A DNA stretch of 64,000 bases from an uncultured Armatimonadetes bacterium. GTDB lineage: Bacteria; Armatimonadota; Hebobacteria; Hebobacterales; Hebobacteraceae. The notes below the pieces were generated by a model that worked only from the letters and a program-made list of their open reading frames with translations, did not search any database and was not told where the DNA came from. This document shows positions 35,201 through 44,779 of the stretch, piece by piece (within the stretch, counting starts at the first letter, position 1; each line of letters begins with the position of its first letter). The translations under genes and the position numbers were made by a program. The stretch covers positions 192,001-256,000 of the forward strand of contig OY970296.1 of the NCBI GenBank assembly GCA_963716175.1, read 5' to 3'.

Positions 35201-37054
35201 GGCGTGCAGTTGTAGAGCGGCAAAGAGTGGGGCGAGCAGCATCGCCTGGGACGCGAGCACGACAGCCTTACGGAAATGATATGGAGCCGAGTCACTTCGT
35301 GCTGCCACCCACGCCGTGGCCAAAGCCGCGCAACTGGCGAGCGGCAGCCAGAGCGGCGCGGCCGGAACGCCCCACAACTGCACGTCCGCCAGAACGTGGA
35401 AGGCGGCCACCAGATGGGCCACCAGGTTGGCGAAGAGCAAGGCGGCCGCAGGGATCGCACCTGACTCCTGGCGCTGCATATGCACCGCGGCCGCGAGGAA
35501 GACGCCGTAAGTGAAGAGCACGAACACGAACGCAGCCGGAACCTGGTCCCGGGGGGTGGCCGGGCCGGCGGCCACGGAGACCGCGATGAGCAGCAGCACC
35601 GCGGCCGTGGTGAGATACCGGAGCAGCTGACGCAGTGTGAGATCGCTCTCAGGAAGTCGAGGGAAGGCGCTGGCCATGCCGGCGAGCACGAGGGCAACCA
35701 GAACGCCGGGGAGCGCCAGGCCGGGCAACCCCAGGATGGCAACATCGGCCACGAGGCGGGTGCTCGCGACGATGAACGCCAGGCAGCCGGCAATGAGCAT
35801 GGTAACAGCGACTGCCTGCGCCCCGGGCCTCGGCTCCTCTCGCCTGCCAACAGTGGACATGCTCCCATAGCAGCTAAACGCCAGGAACACGGCCGCAAAG
35901 GCCTCGGCGGTGAGCACGTCGGGTTTGCGCCCGGGGCCGGCCCCGATGAACAGCAGCCAGGTCGCACCAAAGGAGAGCGTGGTGAGACTTGGCCATGACG
36001 AGTATCTGGCCAGGCCCACGCTCCAGACATTGAGGCCGGCGAGGTAGACATAGAGACGAACCAAGTTGCCGGACCCGACCCCCTGTTCTTGGATGAGCAC
36101 AGGCGTCAGGAATCCGCCGACCAGGCAGAGCAGCGCGACGGCCTGCGTGTTGTTGATGACGGCAAGAGCGCTCGCGGCGAGCGCGGCCGCAGCAAGCAAC
36201 GAGAAACCGAGGGTGAAACCGATCAAGTGGTAGTAGTTCCAGGCGGCGTAGATCGAAAGGAAGAAGATGACGATGCCGCCCGAGAACAGCACCTGCGCAT
36301 AGTTGCGGTAGAGCGGCTTGCGCAACAGATACTGGCCCAGACCGACCAGGACGCCAGAGCCGCAGACGCCGATCCAGACCCGCGCGGCGGGCACGATCCA
36401 CCCGGACTCGAAGGCATACTTCAGGAAGAAGCCGGCCGCCACCGCGAGGGCGGCGACCCCGAGCTTAGCCAGCCAGTTGGCGCCAAGCAGAGACTCCCAC
36501 TCCGGGATGCCACGCGCCACGCGTTCCTTCACCGGAATCCGAGCGCGCGGAGGCGAAGCCGCCTTCGGCGCTTGCGAGACCGGCGCGGGCGCGGTACGTG
36601 GTACCTCAGGCGCTGCAGGCCTGGGCGTCTCAGCCACAGGAGGCGGCGGGGTAACAGGCTTGGGCGGCACAGCAGGAGGAGGCACAGCGGGACCGGGCGG
36701 CCTGGTCACGGCAGGAGGCGTGGGCGATGGTTCCGCGGTCACGGGCTGGGTAGGCACGATCGGCGGAGGAGGCACAGCGGGAGCGGGTGGCCTGGTCACA
36801 GCAGGAGGCATCGCCGCCGGTTCGGCGGTCACGGGCTGTGGTGGCTCGCTGGGCTGCACGGGCGTCTCCGCCACGGGGCGCGCACGCGGGGCCTCGGACA
36901 CAGGTGCCCGCTTCTCGGCCTCCTGGCCCGCGCGGAGGCGCGAGAGCTCCCGCTTCAGTTCCGCAAGTCGGCGCTCGAGGTCATTCAGCCGGGCAAAGAC
37001 GGCAAAGAGAACGAGGGCGAGGATGAGCAGCGCTAGCAGCAGAAGTGCCGTCAT
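32269..37054 (-). CDS. very large DUF2339-like membrane protein (~1590 aa) with tandem TM repeats, one apparent +1 frameshift (~33993)
   Basis: WESLLGANWLAKLG...FFLKYAFESGW N-terminal block and C-terminal KVFVFDLSFLEQPYRIVSFFGLG typical of DUF2339. ORFs 33941..37054 and 32269..33891 join if one extra G is removed. Confidence 0.8.
32480..34810 (-). repeat. intragenic tandem repeat, 6 units of 390 bp (130 aa)
   Basis: Anchor CAGCCA(G/C)G at 32671, 33061, 33451, 33841, 34232 and 34622 (spacing 390, 390, 390, 391, 390); protein unit ...QHFALSLFWS...RNLPLR...LLNTRFLSGAAV. Boundaries approximate. Confidence 0.9.
36650..36840 (-). repeat. Pro-rich ~90-bp tandem repeat in the DUF2339-like N-terminal linker
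   Basis: PVTAEPAAMPPAVTRPPAPAVPPPPIVPTQ / PVTAEPSPTPPAVTRPPGPAVPPPAVPPK. Confidence 0.8.
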
Positions 37055-37151
37055 TCAGGCCTCCTCCTTCGGGGAACACCCCGAAGATCGCACGGGGATG
37101 AACTGCGACGTTCCCAGGCCCTGACAGCGCGGGTCCACAGGCTGACGGTAC

Positions 37152-37160
37152 AGTCTACCA
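37152..37160 (-). promoter_or_regulatory. extended -10 promoter element for the DUF2339-like gene
   Basis: Minus strand TGGTAGACT about 100 nt upstream of ATG 37054. Confidence 0.4.
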
Positions 37161-37465
37161 CCTCCAACCTGATGGCTCCAGCGATGTCGGGCCCATATCG
37201 CACTCCTGTCCATTGGTCACCTCGTCAGTGCAGGAACGCCAGGAGCAGGATACCGTAGGCTGGCCGCAGGTGGATGAGGCGATGGGCCCAGGCTGCGGTC
37301 CCGTTTTCTCGGGACCTGCAACATGGAGCAGTCGGGAGGGAAGCTCCCGGAGTGGCGCTGCGTAGTGCGCTATCTGGCACGCCGTCGGGCATGCCTGGCA
37401 GGGGACGCGCAGACTCGGGGGCGAAGAGGACTCCGGGGGAAAACGGGATGAACCGAGGAGGGGCC

Positions 37466-38665
37466 ATGAACGCGACCAGGGCTCGAACTGCCGCCTTCTT
37501 CGTCCAGTACCTGGTGCTTCTGGTCGCGGCGTTGGTGTGGGTGAATTCCGACGTCGGACGACAACGCGTAGGCCCGCACCTGACCCAGTTCTACGCGCTG
37601 ATCGGCGCAGCTTTCTGCTGGCTATGCTCGCGGACCTACCTGCTACTCAGAGGCCTGGTCCCGACGGAGTGGAAACACTGGGGGGCGGCGGTAGACCTGG
37701 TCATCATCAGCGGTGCGGTGTACCTCACCGGGGGGATTAACAGCGAGGCGGCCCTTCTCTACTTCCTGCCTATTGCCACCTTTTCCATACAGCGCCTGCC
37801 ACGCGCGACAGTGGCGGTGAGCCTCGCCAGCGCCGTCCTCTACCTGGCCGCGACCTGGCCCTCCCGCGTGGTCCCGAGCTATGCCACGGCGATCATCTTC
37901 CGGCTGGTCATCCTGCTCGTGACGGCCTCATTGGCCACCTACAATGCCATGACCGAGCAGGCCCTGATCGAGGAGGTAGGCAGGCTTCGCGAAGAGATCG
38001 CGCTGGCCAGCTACCGCAGCCGCCTTTCCCAGGAGATGCATGATGGGATCCAGCACTACCTGGCTGACATCGCCGTCCGACTCGAGCTTGCCAGAAGCCT
38101 GATATCCCGAGACCCCGTGGGGGCTGCCCGCATGGCGGCCGATCAGCGATTCGTAGTGCGGCAGGCTTTGGGAGAGCTCCGGTATCTGGTGCGTTTGCTG
38201 CGGTCCCCAGCAGTCGAGCGAGAGGGATTTGTGGACGCGCTGCGGCACCACCTGTCGCTTTTCTCGGAGAGTTCGTCCGTGGCTGCGCCACTGGAGATCG
38301 AGGGCGAGGCCGAGCCGTTGCCGCCGGAGGTGGCGCATGCCGCGTTCCGCATCATGCAGGAAGCGCTCATGAACGTTGAGAAGCACGCCAAGGCCCGGCA
38401 GGCGAGAGTGATCCTCAGATTCGCCCCCTGCCTGTTCGGGTGTACCATCAAGGACGATGGTGTCGGTTTCGATCCATCTGCCGCGCCCGAGCAGCCGTCG
38501 GTCACGGGTGGGTTCGGGCTGCTGGGGATGCAGCAGCGGGCCGAATCTGTGGGCGGCCAGCTTCGGGTCGTCAGCAGTCCCGGCGCAGGAACGGAGGTAA
38601 CATTCACGGTCGCTGTGGGCGATCTGATGGGCCTGCCACAGGACTCAATGCGGGGCCGCACGTGA
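37466..38665 (+). CDS. intramembrane-sensing histidine kinase (HisKA_3, NarX/DesK-like)
   Basis: TM N-terminus; RLSQEMHDGIQH H-box; FRIMQEALMNVEKHA, DDGVGFD, GFGLLGMQQRA, SSPGAGTEV. Confidence 0.9.
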   Translation: MNATRARTAAFFVQYLVLLVAALVWVNSDVGRQRVGPHLTQFYALIGAAFCWLCSRTYLLLRGLVPTEWKHWGAAVDLVIISGAVYLTGGINSEAALLYFLPIATFSIQRLPRATVAVSLASAVLYLAATWPSRVVPSYATAIIFRLVILLVTASLATYNAMTEQALIEEVGRLREEIALASYRSRLSQEMHDGIQHYLADIAVRLELARSLISRDPVGAARMAADQRFVVRQALGELRYLVRLLRSPAVEREGFVDALRHHLSLFSESSSVAAPLEIEGEAEPLPPEVAHAAFRIMQEALMNVEKHAKARQARVILRFAPCLFGCTIKDDGVGFDPSAAPEQPSVTGGFGLLGMQQRAESVGGQLRVVSSPGAGTEVTFTVAVGDLMGLPQDSMRGRT

Positions 38666-38697
38666 CGCAGCGGACCCGCTCGGGGGAACGCGGCTCG

Positions 38698-39465
38698 TCA
38701 GGACTGCCACCGCAGCGCTGCATACCGGTAGTCCTCCGGGTAGTCAATGTCGAAGCCAAGCTCCGGCGCGCAGCCGCGGATCGCGCCTCCAGTACAGCCA
38801 AGCATCTCCAGGCACTTGCTCTCGATCTGCTCGATGGTCAGGCGCCGCGTGAGGAAGCGCCAGATGAACCGGGGCCCCAGCAGACGCGCCATCCCGAGTT
38901 GGCTCCTCCGCGCGGCGAACACACGCTCCACCATACGGTAGTTCCGCAGAATCGCAGCCGGGTTGATCAGGACCGCGCATCCGATCATCCACTCGCCATC
39001 CCGCAGATGAACATACCGCGCCGGCGGTCGCGAGAACCGCAGCTCGAACTCGTGCCGCTCGATGACGGGCACGCATAGGTCCAACTCAGGCGGGCAGCCA
39101 TCCAGGAATCCCTTGATTGCCTCGGGCCTGAGGAACGGGAGATCCGTGGTCAGGATCAGCACCCGCCCCGGATCGTTCCCCCCGGTCGCCATGCGCAACC
39201 ACTGCAGTCCGCGCATGATGTTGCCAGCGCCGGAATCGGCCTCGGGCAGCACGGCATCAGCCAGGTGCTCGGCATGCGGAGCAATCTCAGAGGGCCCGAC
39301 CACAACGATCCGGTCTATGCGTCCGGTTGCGCGTACCGTCCGCAGGCTCTGCTCGAGCACCGTGATGCCGCCAAACTGAAGCAAGGCCTTGATCCCCGTG
39401 CCTGCTTCACGTGCCACGTCGCTGGAGATACGCCCTCCTGCGGGCAGAACTGCATCAACTCTCAT
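38698..39465 (-). CDS. MobA-like NTP transferase / nucleotidyltransferase
   Basis: DAVLPAGG, KALLQFGG, LILTTDLPFL, FDIDYPED. Confidence 0.8.
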   Translation of the reverse strand: MRVDAVLPAGGRISSDVAREAGTGIKALLQFGGITVLEQSLRTVRATGRIDRIVVVGPSEIAPHAEHLADAVLPEADSGAGNIMRGLQWLRMATGGNDPGRVLILTTDLPFLRPEAIKGFLDGCPPELDLCVPVIERHEFELRFSRPPARYVHLRDGEWMIGCAVLINPAAILRNYRMVERVFAARRSQLGMARLLGPRFIWRFLTRRLTIEQIESKCLEMLGCTGGAIRGCAPELGFDIDYPEDYRYAALRWQS

Positions 39466-39974
39466 GGTCTGCCTCCCTCGGACAGCACAGCACAGCATCA
39501 GCTTCACCGCCAGCATACCGTGGTCCGGATCGCGAGGGATGAGGCGAGAGAACTAGAGGGAGGTCCCGTTTCTCTGGGACTTGCCGACATTCAGCCGGAG
39601 AGTGATTCCGCGGCTGCAACTTCCCAAGGGCAACCGACTCAGCGTCGAAACCATGAGCATCCTCCGCATCTGGTGGATGCTCGATCGTGAGTGTTGTCTT
39701 GTCCAGGTCGCCTCAAACCTTGGACTCCTGCTCCAGGCTAAGTCGCCGCATGCGCCCAGCCCGCCGAGCACTGACCACCAGGGCACGGGCGATCGATGAC
39801 ACCAATGCCTCGCAGGTCTCTGTAGCGCTGACCCCCAAAGAGAGAACGGCGCCGGAACGGTCCGCTCACTGGTCCGACATCGTGCCGGGAGGAGCCAGCC
39901 TGGGCAAGCCCAGAGCAGGCGCTGTCAGGTCACGACCGCTTGGATGTCGCAGATAGTGGCGCAGGCCGAATCGC

Positions 39975-40757
39975 CTAATGGCCGCCTCGGCCCCTGCCTT
40001 CATGCTTGCCCTTCGAACCGTGCTCCCCGCCGCCGCCACCTTCGGCCTTCCCCCTCCCTTGGCCACGCTCCATGTGCTTCTGCTTGCCCGACCCACCTGT
40101 CTGCTTTGGCCCCCCCTTGCCCGCGTGTTTCACCTTGGCCGGTCTGGACAGCTCTGGCGCCAGCGAGCGTGGCTTATTCATCTTCTCCGGTCGCGCCCTG
40201 AGTTCGGGCGCATGACCGCGCTTCGCGCTAGCCTTGGCACTCGGTGCGGACCGGACCGGCCTACCCGCCCAGCCGCGAACGCGGCCCGGCGGCCTTGAGA
40301 CCACCCGATACTCTCGCCATCCCGCTGGGCCCTTGAACTTGATCACCGTCCTGGTATGCTCGACCGGGAGTGCCAGGTACCGCTCGCAGAAGTCCACCGG
40401 TACGTAGACAACATCGCGGACGATGACCGGCGCCGCGGACAACACCAGTGCCTCGCCGCCATAGACCATCTTGGGACTGCCGATAAGCAGCCCGATCTCG
40501 CGGCCGTTGTACGTGATCAGAGCACGGCCATCCAGGCTGTCCCAGAGCAGCGCGGCTCCGATCAACGACGTCACGCTTCGCAGCGGAACGTAGGTCGTGC
40601 CCAGATACACAAACGGCACAGGCTCGAGCACAACGACGCGCGGCTTCCGCCGATGCCCGTGCGCCGGCACCCATGGCGGGGGCGCGGCATAGACACTTGC
40701 GGTCGTCAGTGCAAACAGCCCTACAGCCAGAAACGCACATCGCCCGAGTTTCCTCAT
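39975..40757 (-). CDS. secreted copper-amine-oxidase N-terminal (stalk) domain protein with basic Gly/Lys/His tail
   Basis: Signal peptide; TTYVPLRSVTSLIGA..W and APVI...YVPV stalk-domain motifs; low-complexity basic C-terminus. Confidence 0.75.
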   Translation of the reverse strand: MRKLGRCAFLAVGLFALTTASVYAAPPPWVPAHGHRRKPRVVVLEPVPFVYLGTTYVPLRSVTSLIGAALLWDSLDGRALITYNGREIGLLIGSPKMVYGGEALVLSAAPVIVRDVVYVPVDFCERYLALPVEHTRTVIKFKGPAGWREYRVVSRPPGRVRGWAGRPVRSAPSAKASAKRGHAPELRARPEKMNKPRSLAPELSRPAKVKHAGKGGPKQTGGSGKQKHMERGQGRGKAEGGGGGEHGSKGKHEGRGRGGH

Positions 40758-40974
40758 CCCAGCCTCCTCAGTGCGAACACTGCCATATCTCGCCACACCA
40801 TTCTGCCACGAGACGAGACGAAATCCTAGGTAATCGAGACGACACGCGGGGTCTCGCCGATGCTGTCAGCAACGTCCAGTCTGCAGCGTCAGCAAAAGTG
40901 GGACAAGAGGCCGCTCCGGGCCCCAGACGGGATAGGCACCTTCTGCGCGTCTAGCAGCTACCAAACCAGCGCGC

Positions 40975-41697
<723 letters not shown>

Positions 41698-41717
41698 GGT
41701 CTGATCCCACCAGGTCC

Positions 41718-41909
41718 TCAGATGGGCTGGCTCGTTGCCCTTTGCAGCTTCACCAGTGCGGCCTCGTGGTCGTAGGCGGACCGCACATGGTTGGTCCGCG
41801 CGCGAGCGACGGCCTGTGCCGCGTCCACGATCTCGACAAGGATCCTCCCCCCTTCCGGGTACTTCCCCTCTGCGGGCGCCACGTCAACTGGAGCAGCCCA
41901 GCGACGCAT
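41718..41909 (-). pseudogene. C-terminal fragment of a TolC-family outer-membrane efflux protein
   Basis: [46 protein letters not shown] resembles the final OEP helix pair; only 63 codons, between permease and ATPase. Confidence 0.6.
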
Positions 41910-41921
41910 CTGTGGCCCTCC

Positions 41922-43130
41922 CTACTCGTGTCGTAGAGCTTCGATGGGGTCCTGGGATGCCGCTCGCCACGCGGGATAGAGTCCGAAGAAGACACCTACG
42001 CCGCAGGCGAAGAAGAATCCCACCAAGACGGCCCACATCGGCACCTTGGTGTGCATGTCGCCCTTCGTGCCGACATCCGTCAGCCACGAGAGTGCGGCGC
42101 CGAGCGTCACGCCCAGGATGCCCCCAATGCCCGAGAGGGTCATCGCCTCGGTCAGGAACTGGAACATGATGTGGCGGCGCTTGGCACCGACCGCCTTGCG
42201 AAGCCCGATCTCGCGCGTCCGCTCCGTTACCGACACCAGCATGATGTTCATGATGCCGATCCCGCCTACCAGCAGAGAGAGACCCGCGATTCCGCCCAGC
42301 ACGATGCCGAACACGGCCAGGATTCGTCCGATCGCCTGCAGGATGCGGGACTGCGAGTCCACCGTGAAGTCAGGCTGGTTGTTGTGCCGGCGCATCAGCA
42401 CAGCCCAGATCTGATCGGCGGCCGCTTCCGTGTCTCGCAGGTCAGCCGTCTGCGCCCACATCACGTAGACGCGCTTGTCGCCGGTGACGCGCTTCTGCAC
42501 CGTGGTCAGCGGCGCGTAGACATCCTTGTCAGGGTCCTCTCCCATTGCCCGGCCCTTGCGTTTGGCGACGCCGATCACGATGAAGCTGACGCCACGGGCA
42601 TGGATCGTCTGCCCGATCGGGCCGGCCTTGGGCCACAGCTCCTTGCGGACGGTCGCGCCAATAATGCAGACCTTGTTCCAAGAACCGTAGTCCTCTTGGG
42701 AGAAGAACCTTCCCTCCTCCAGCTTCACGTTGTGGAGCCGTGCGAACTCGGGCTGACAGCCCACCAGCCTCCCCTTGAACTCCTCCCCTCCCACCTCGAA
42801 CTGAGTGTTATCCTGGGGCAACTCCGGGGAGACTTCGGTCACCAAGGGGCAGTCGCGGCGGATGGCCGCCGCGTCCTCAGTGGTGAGGAACTCCACATGC
42901 GATCGGCCCTCTCCCTTCTTCCGCTCCTCAGGCGAGAAGAAGATGATCACCAGACGCGAGCCCATCTCCTCGAATTCCTTCACCACCTGGTCGCGGGCAC
43001 CCTCGATAAAGGCCACCATGGCAATCACGGAGGCCACGCCGATCATCACGCCCAGCATGGTGAGGACGGAGCGGAGCTTGTTCGCCGCCAGACAGGAGAG
43101 CGCTACCCGGAGGCTCTGGAGAAATCCCAT
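41922..43130 (-). CDS. ABC transporter permease (MacB/FtsX-type)
   Basis: NKLRSVLTMLGVMIGVASVI, SLLVGGIGIMNIMLVSVTERTREIGLRKAVGA, YPAWRAASQDPIEALRHE. Confidence 0.95.
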   Translation of the reverse strand: MGFLQSLRVALSCLAANKLRSVLTMLGVMIGVASVIAMVAFIEGARDQVVKEFEEMGSRLVIIFFSPEERKKGEGRSHVEFLTTEDAAAIRRDCPLVTEVSPELPQDNTQFEVGGEEFKGRLVGCQPEFARLHNVKLEEGRFFSQEDYGSWNKVCIIGATVRKELWPKAGPIGQTIHARGVSFIVIGVAKRKGRAMGEDPDKDVYAPLTTVQKRVTGDKRVYVMWAQTADLRDTEAAADQIWAVLMRRHNNQPDFTVDSQSRILQAIGRILAVFGIVLGGIAGLSLLVGGIGIMNIMLVSVTERTREIGLRKAVGAKRRHIMFQFLTEAMTLSGIGGILGVTLGAALSWLTDVGTKGDMHTKVPMWAVLVGFFFACGVGVFFGLYPAWRAASQDPIEALRHE

Positions 43131-43138
43131 GGCCGCGC

Positions 43139-44515
43139 TCAGCTCTCTTCTTTGCGCTCGGACTCGCGTCGGATATCGATCTTCTTCCGCTCCGGGATGC
43201 CGGACTTGCCGAGCTGCACCTTCTCGCCTTCCTTCAGCCCCGAGCGAACCTCCGTTCGCGCATCGTTCGCCAGGCCGATGGTGACCTCGCGGTCCGCAGT
43301 CACCGGCTTGCCCTTCTTCTCCTCCTTCACCACCGTCACGTACCATTTGCCCTTCTTCTCGAAGAGCGAATCATTGGGAACCGAGAGCACGTTCGCGGCG
43401 CGCTGACATGAGATCTCCACATTCGCCGTCATGCCGGTCTTCAGGTCAGCCTGTCCCTTGGTCACCGTGATCTCGATGGGGAACCGGACGATTCCCTCCC
43501 TACCGGAGTCGTTCAGCGACGCGGGAGAGATGCGCGTCACGCGACCCTCCTGCGTGCGTCCTCGCAGCGCGTCCACGATGATCTTTACGGATTGGCCGAC
43601 GTGGACCTTTGCGATGTCCACCTCGTTCAGGTTCACCTTCGCCAGCATCTTGGAGAGATCGCCGATAGTGACGATCGGGGCGCCGGAGCCGTAGTATGAC
43701 ACCGCCGTGATCAGCTCCCCCTGGCGCACATGGCGAGCGATCACTACCCCCGAGCATGGCGCAGTGATCACTGCGTCACGAAGACGCGTCTCGATCTCAG
43801 CCAGCGAGTCCTGGATCTGCCGCAGCGAGGCCTGCGCCTCCGCGATGCGGGACCCGCTCAAGGGCACCTCTGCTCGCCGGGCTTCCGCCGCGGAGACCGC
43901 GGCCTGCTGCTCCAGCACCCGCTCTTCCGCAGACCGCTGCGCCTGCACTGCGAGGTCGAGGGCGGCCTTCGCGGAATCCACCTCATTCCGCGCGACGTAG
44001 CCGCCCATCTCGAACAGCCGTCGCATGTTCTCATGGATCCTGTCGGCGTCGCGGCGCCGCGTCTCCGCCTCCTGGGCCGACGCCTCGGCACCACGGAGGT
44101 TCGCCTGGGCCTGCTTGACCTGCGAGTCGATCACCGTCCGGTCCCGGTCGAGAGACAGCCGCGCCTGGTCAAGCCGCGCCCCAGCCGCGTCCGACTGCGC
44201 CTTCACCTGATCTCGCTGGGCCTCCAGCTCCGGCACGTCGAGCTTAGCGATTAGCTGCCCTTTCTCGACCCAGTCCCCCTCCTCAACCTTCAGACTCGAG
44301 AGCAAACCCGCGACTTTGGACTTCACCTCCACGCGCCTGACCGGCTCGATGGTGCCAGTCTCCCGCACTGCGACCACAAGGTCGCCGCGTTCCACCTTAG
44401 CCGTCTTCACCGGATCGGCCTTGCGCCGCATCTTGACGGCCACCATGGTGGCACAGCCCCCGATCAGGGCCACCGGCAGAACCACAACCAGAAGCACGAA
44501 CTTCAGGCGCCGCAT
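43139..44515 (-). CDS. efflux membrane-fusion protein (MacA/HlyD-type periplasmic adaptor)
   Basis: N-terminal TM; VEVKSKVAG...VEEGDWVEKGQLIA, long coiled coil, ITAPCSGVV, LKTGMTANV, SGLKEGEKV. Confidence 0.9.
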   Translation of the reverse strand: MRRLKFVLLVVVLPVALIGGCATMVAVKMRRKADPVKTAKVERGDLVVAVRETGTIEPVRRVEVKSKVAGLLSSLKVEEGDWVEKGQLIAKLDVPELEAQRDQVKAQSDAAGARLDQARLSLDRDRTVIDSQVKQAQANLRGAEASAQEAETRRRDADRIHENMRRLFEMGGYVARNEVDSAKAALDLAVQAQRSAEERVLEQQAAVSAAEARRAEVPLSGSRIAEAQASLRQIQDSLAEIETRLRDAVITAPCSGVVIARHVRQGELITAVSYYGSGAPIVTIGDLSKMLAKVNLNEVDIAKVHVGQSVKIIVDALRGRTQEGRVTRISPASLNDSGREGIVRFPIEITVTKGQADLKTGMTANVEISCQRAANVLSVPNDSLFEKKGKWYVTVVKEEKKGKPVTADREVTIGLANDARTEVRSGLKEGEKVQLGKSGIPERKKIDIRRESERKEES

Positions 44516-44779
44516 CGTACTAGACCTTTCTGTGACGCCATCGCCTTGGCGCGACGGCACCATCAGTTCGCCATCTAGCTGCTTCGATCCTATAGACCTG
44601 AGCGTTCCGCCGCCTTGTCGTGAGGTAGTGCACGACGGCCGTACCGCGAGCGACCGACACAGGCAGAGTGTCCCATTGCCATCTGAGAGCGGCAACCTGC
44701 CTCACCTCAGCGAACCGCTCCGTCTCAGCTAACGGCTTCGCGGCGAAACGCACTGGAAGTCTTGACCTCTCCCTGCTGG

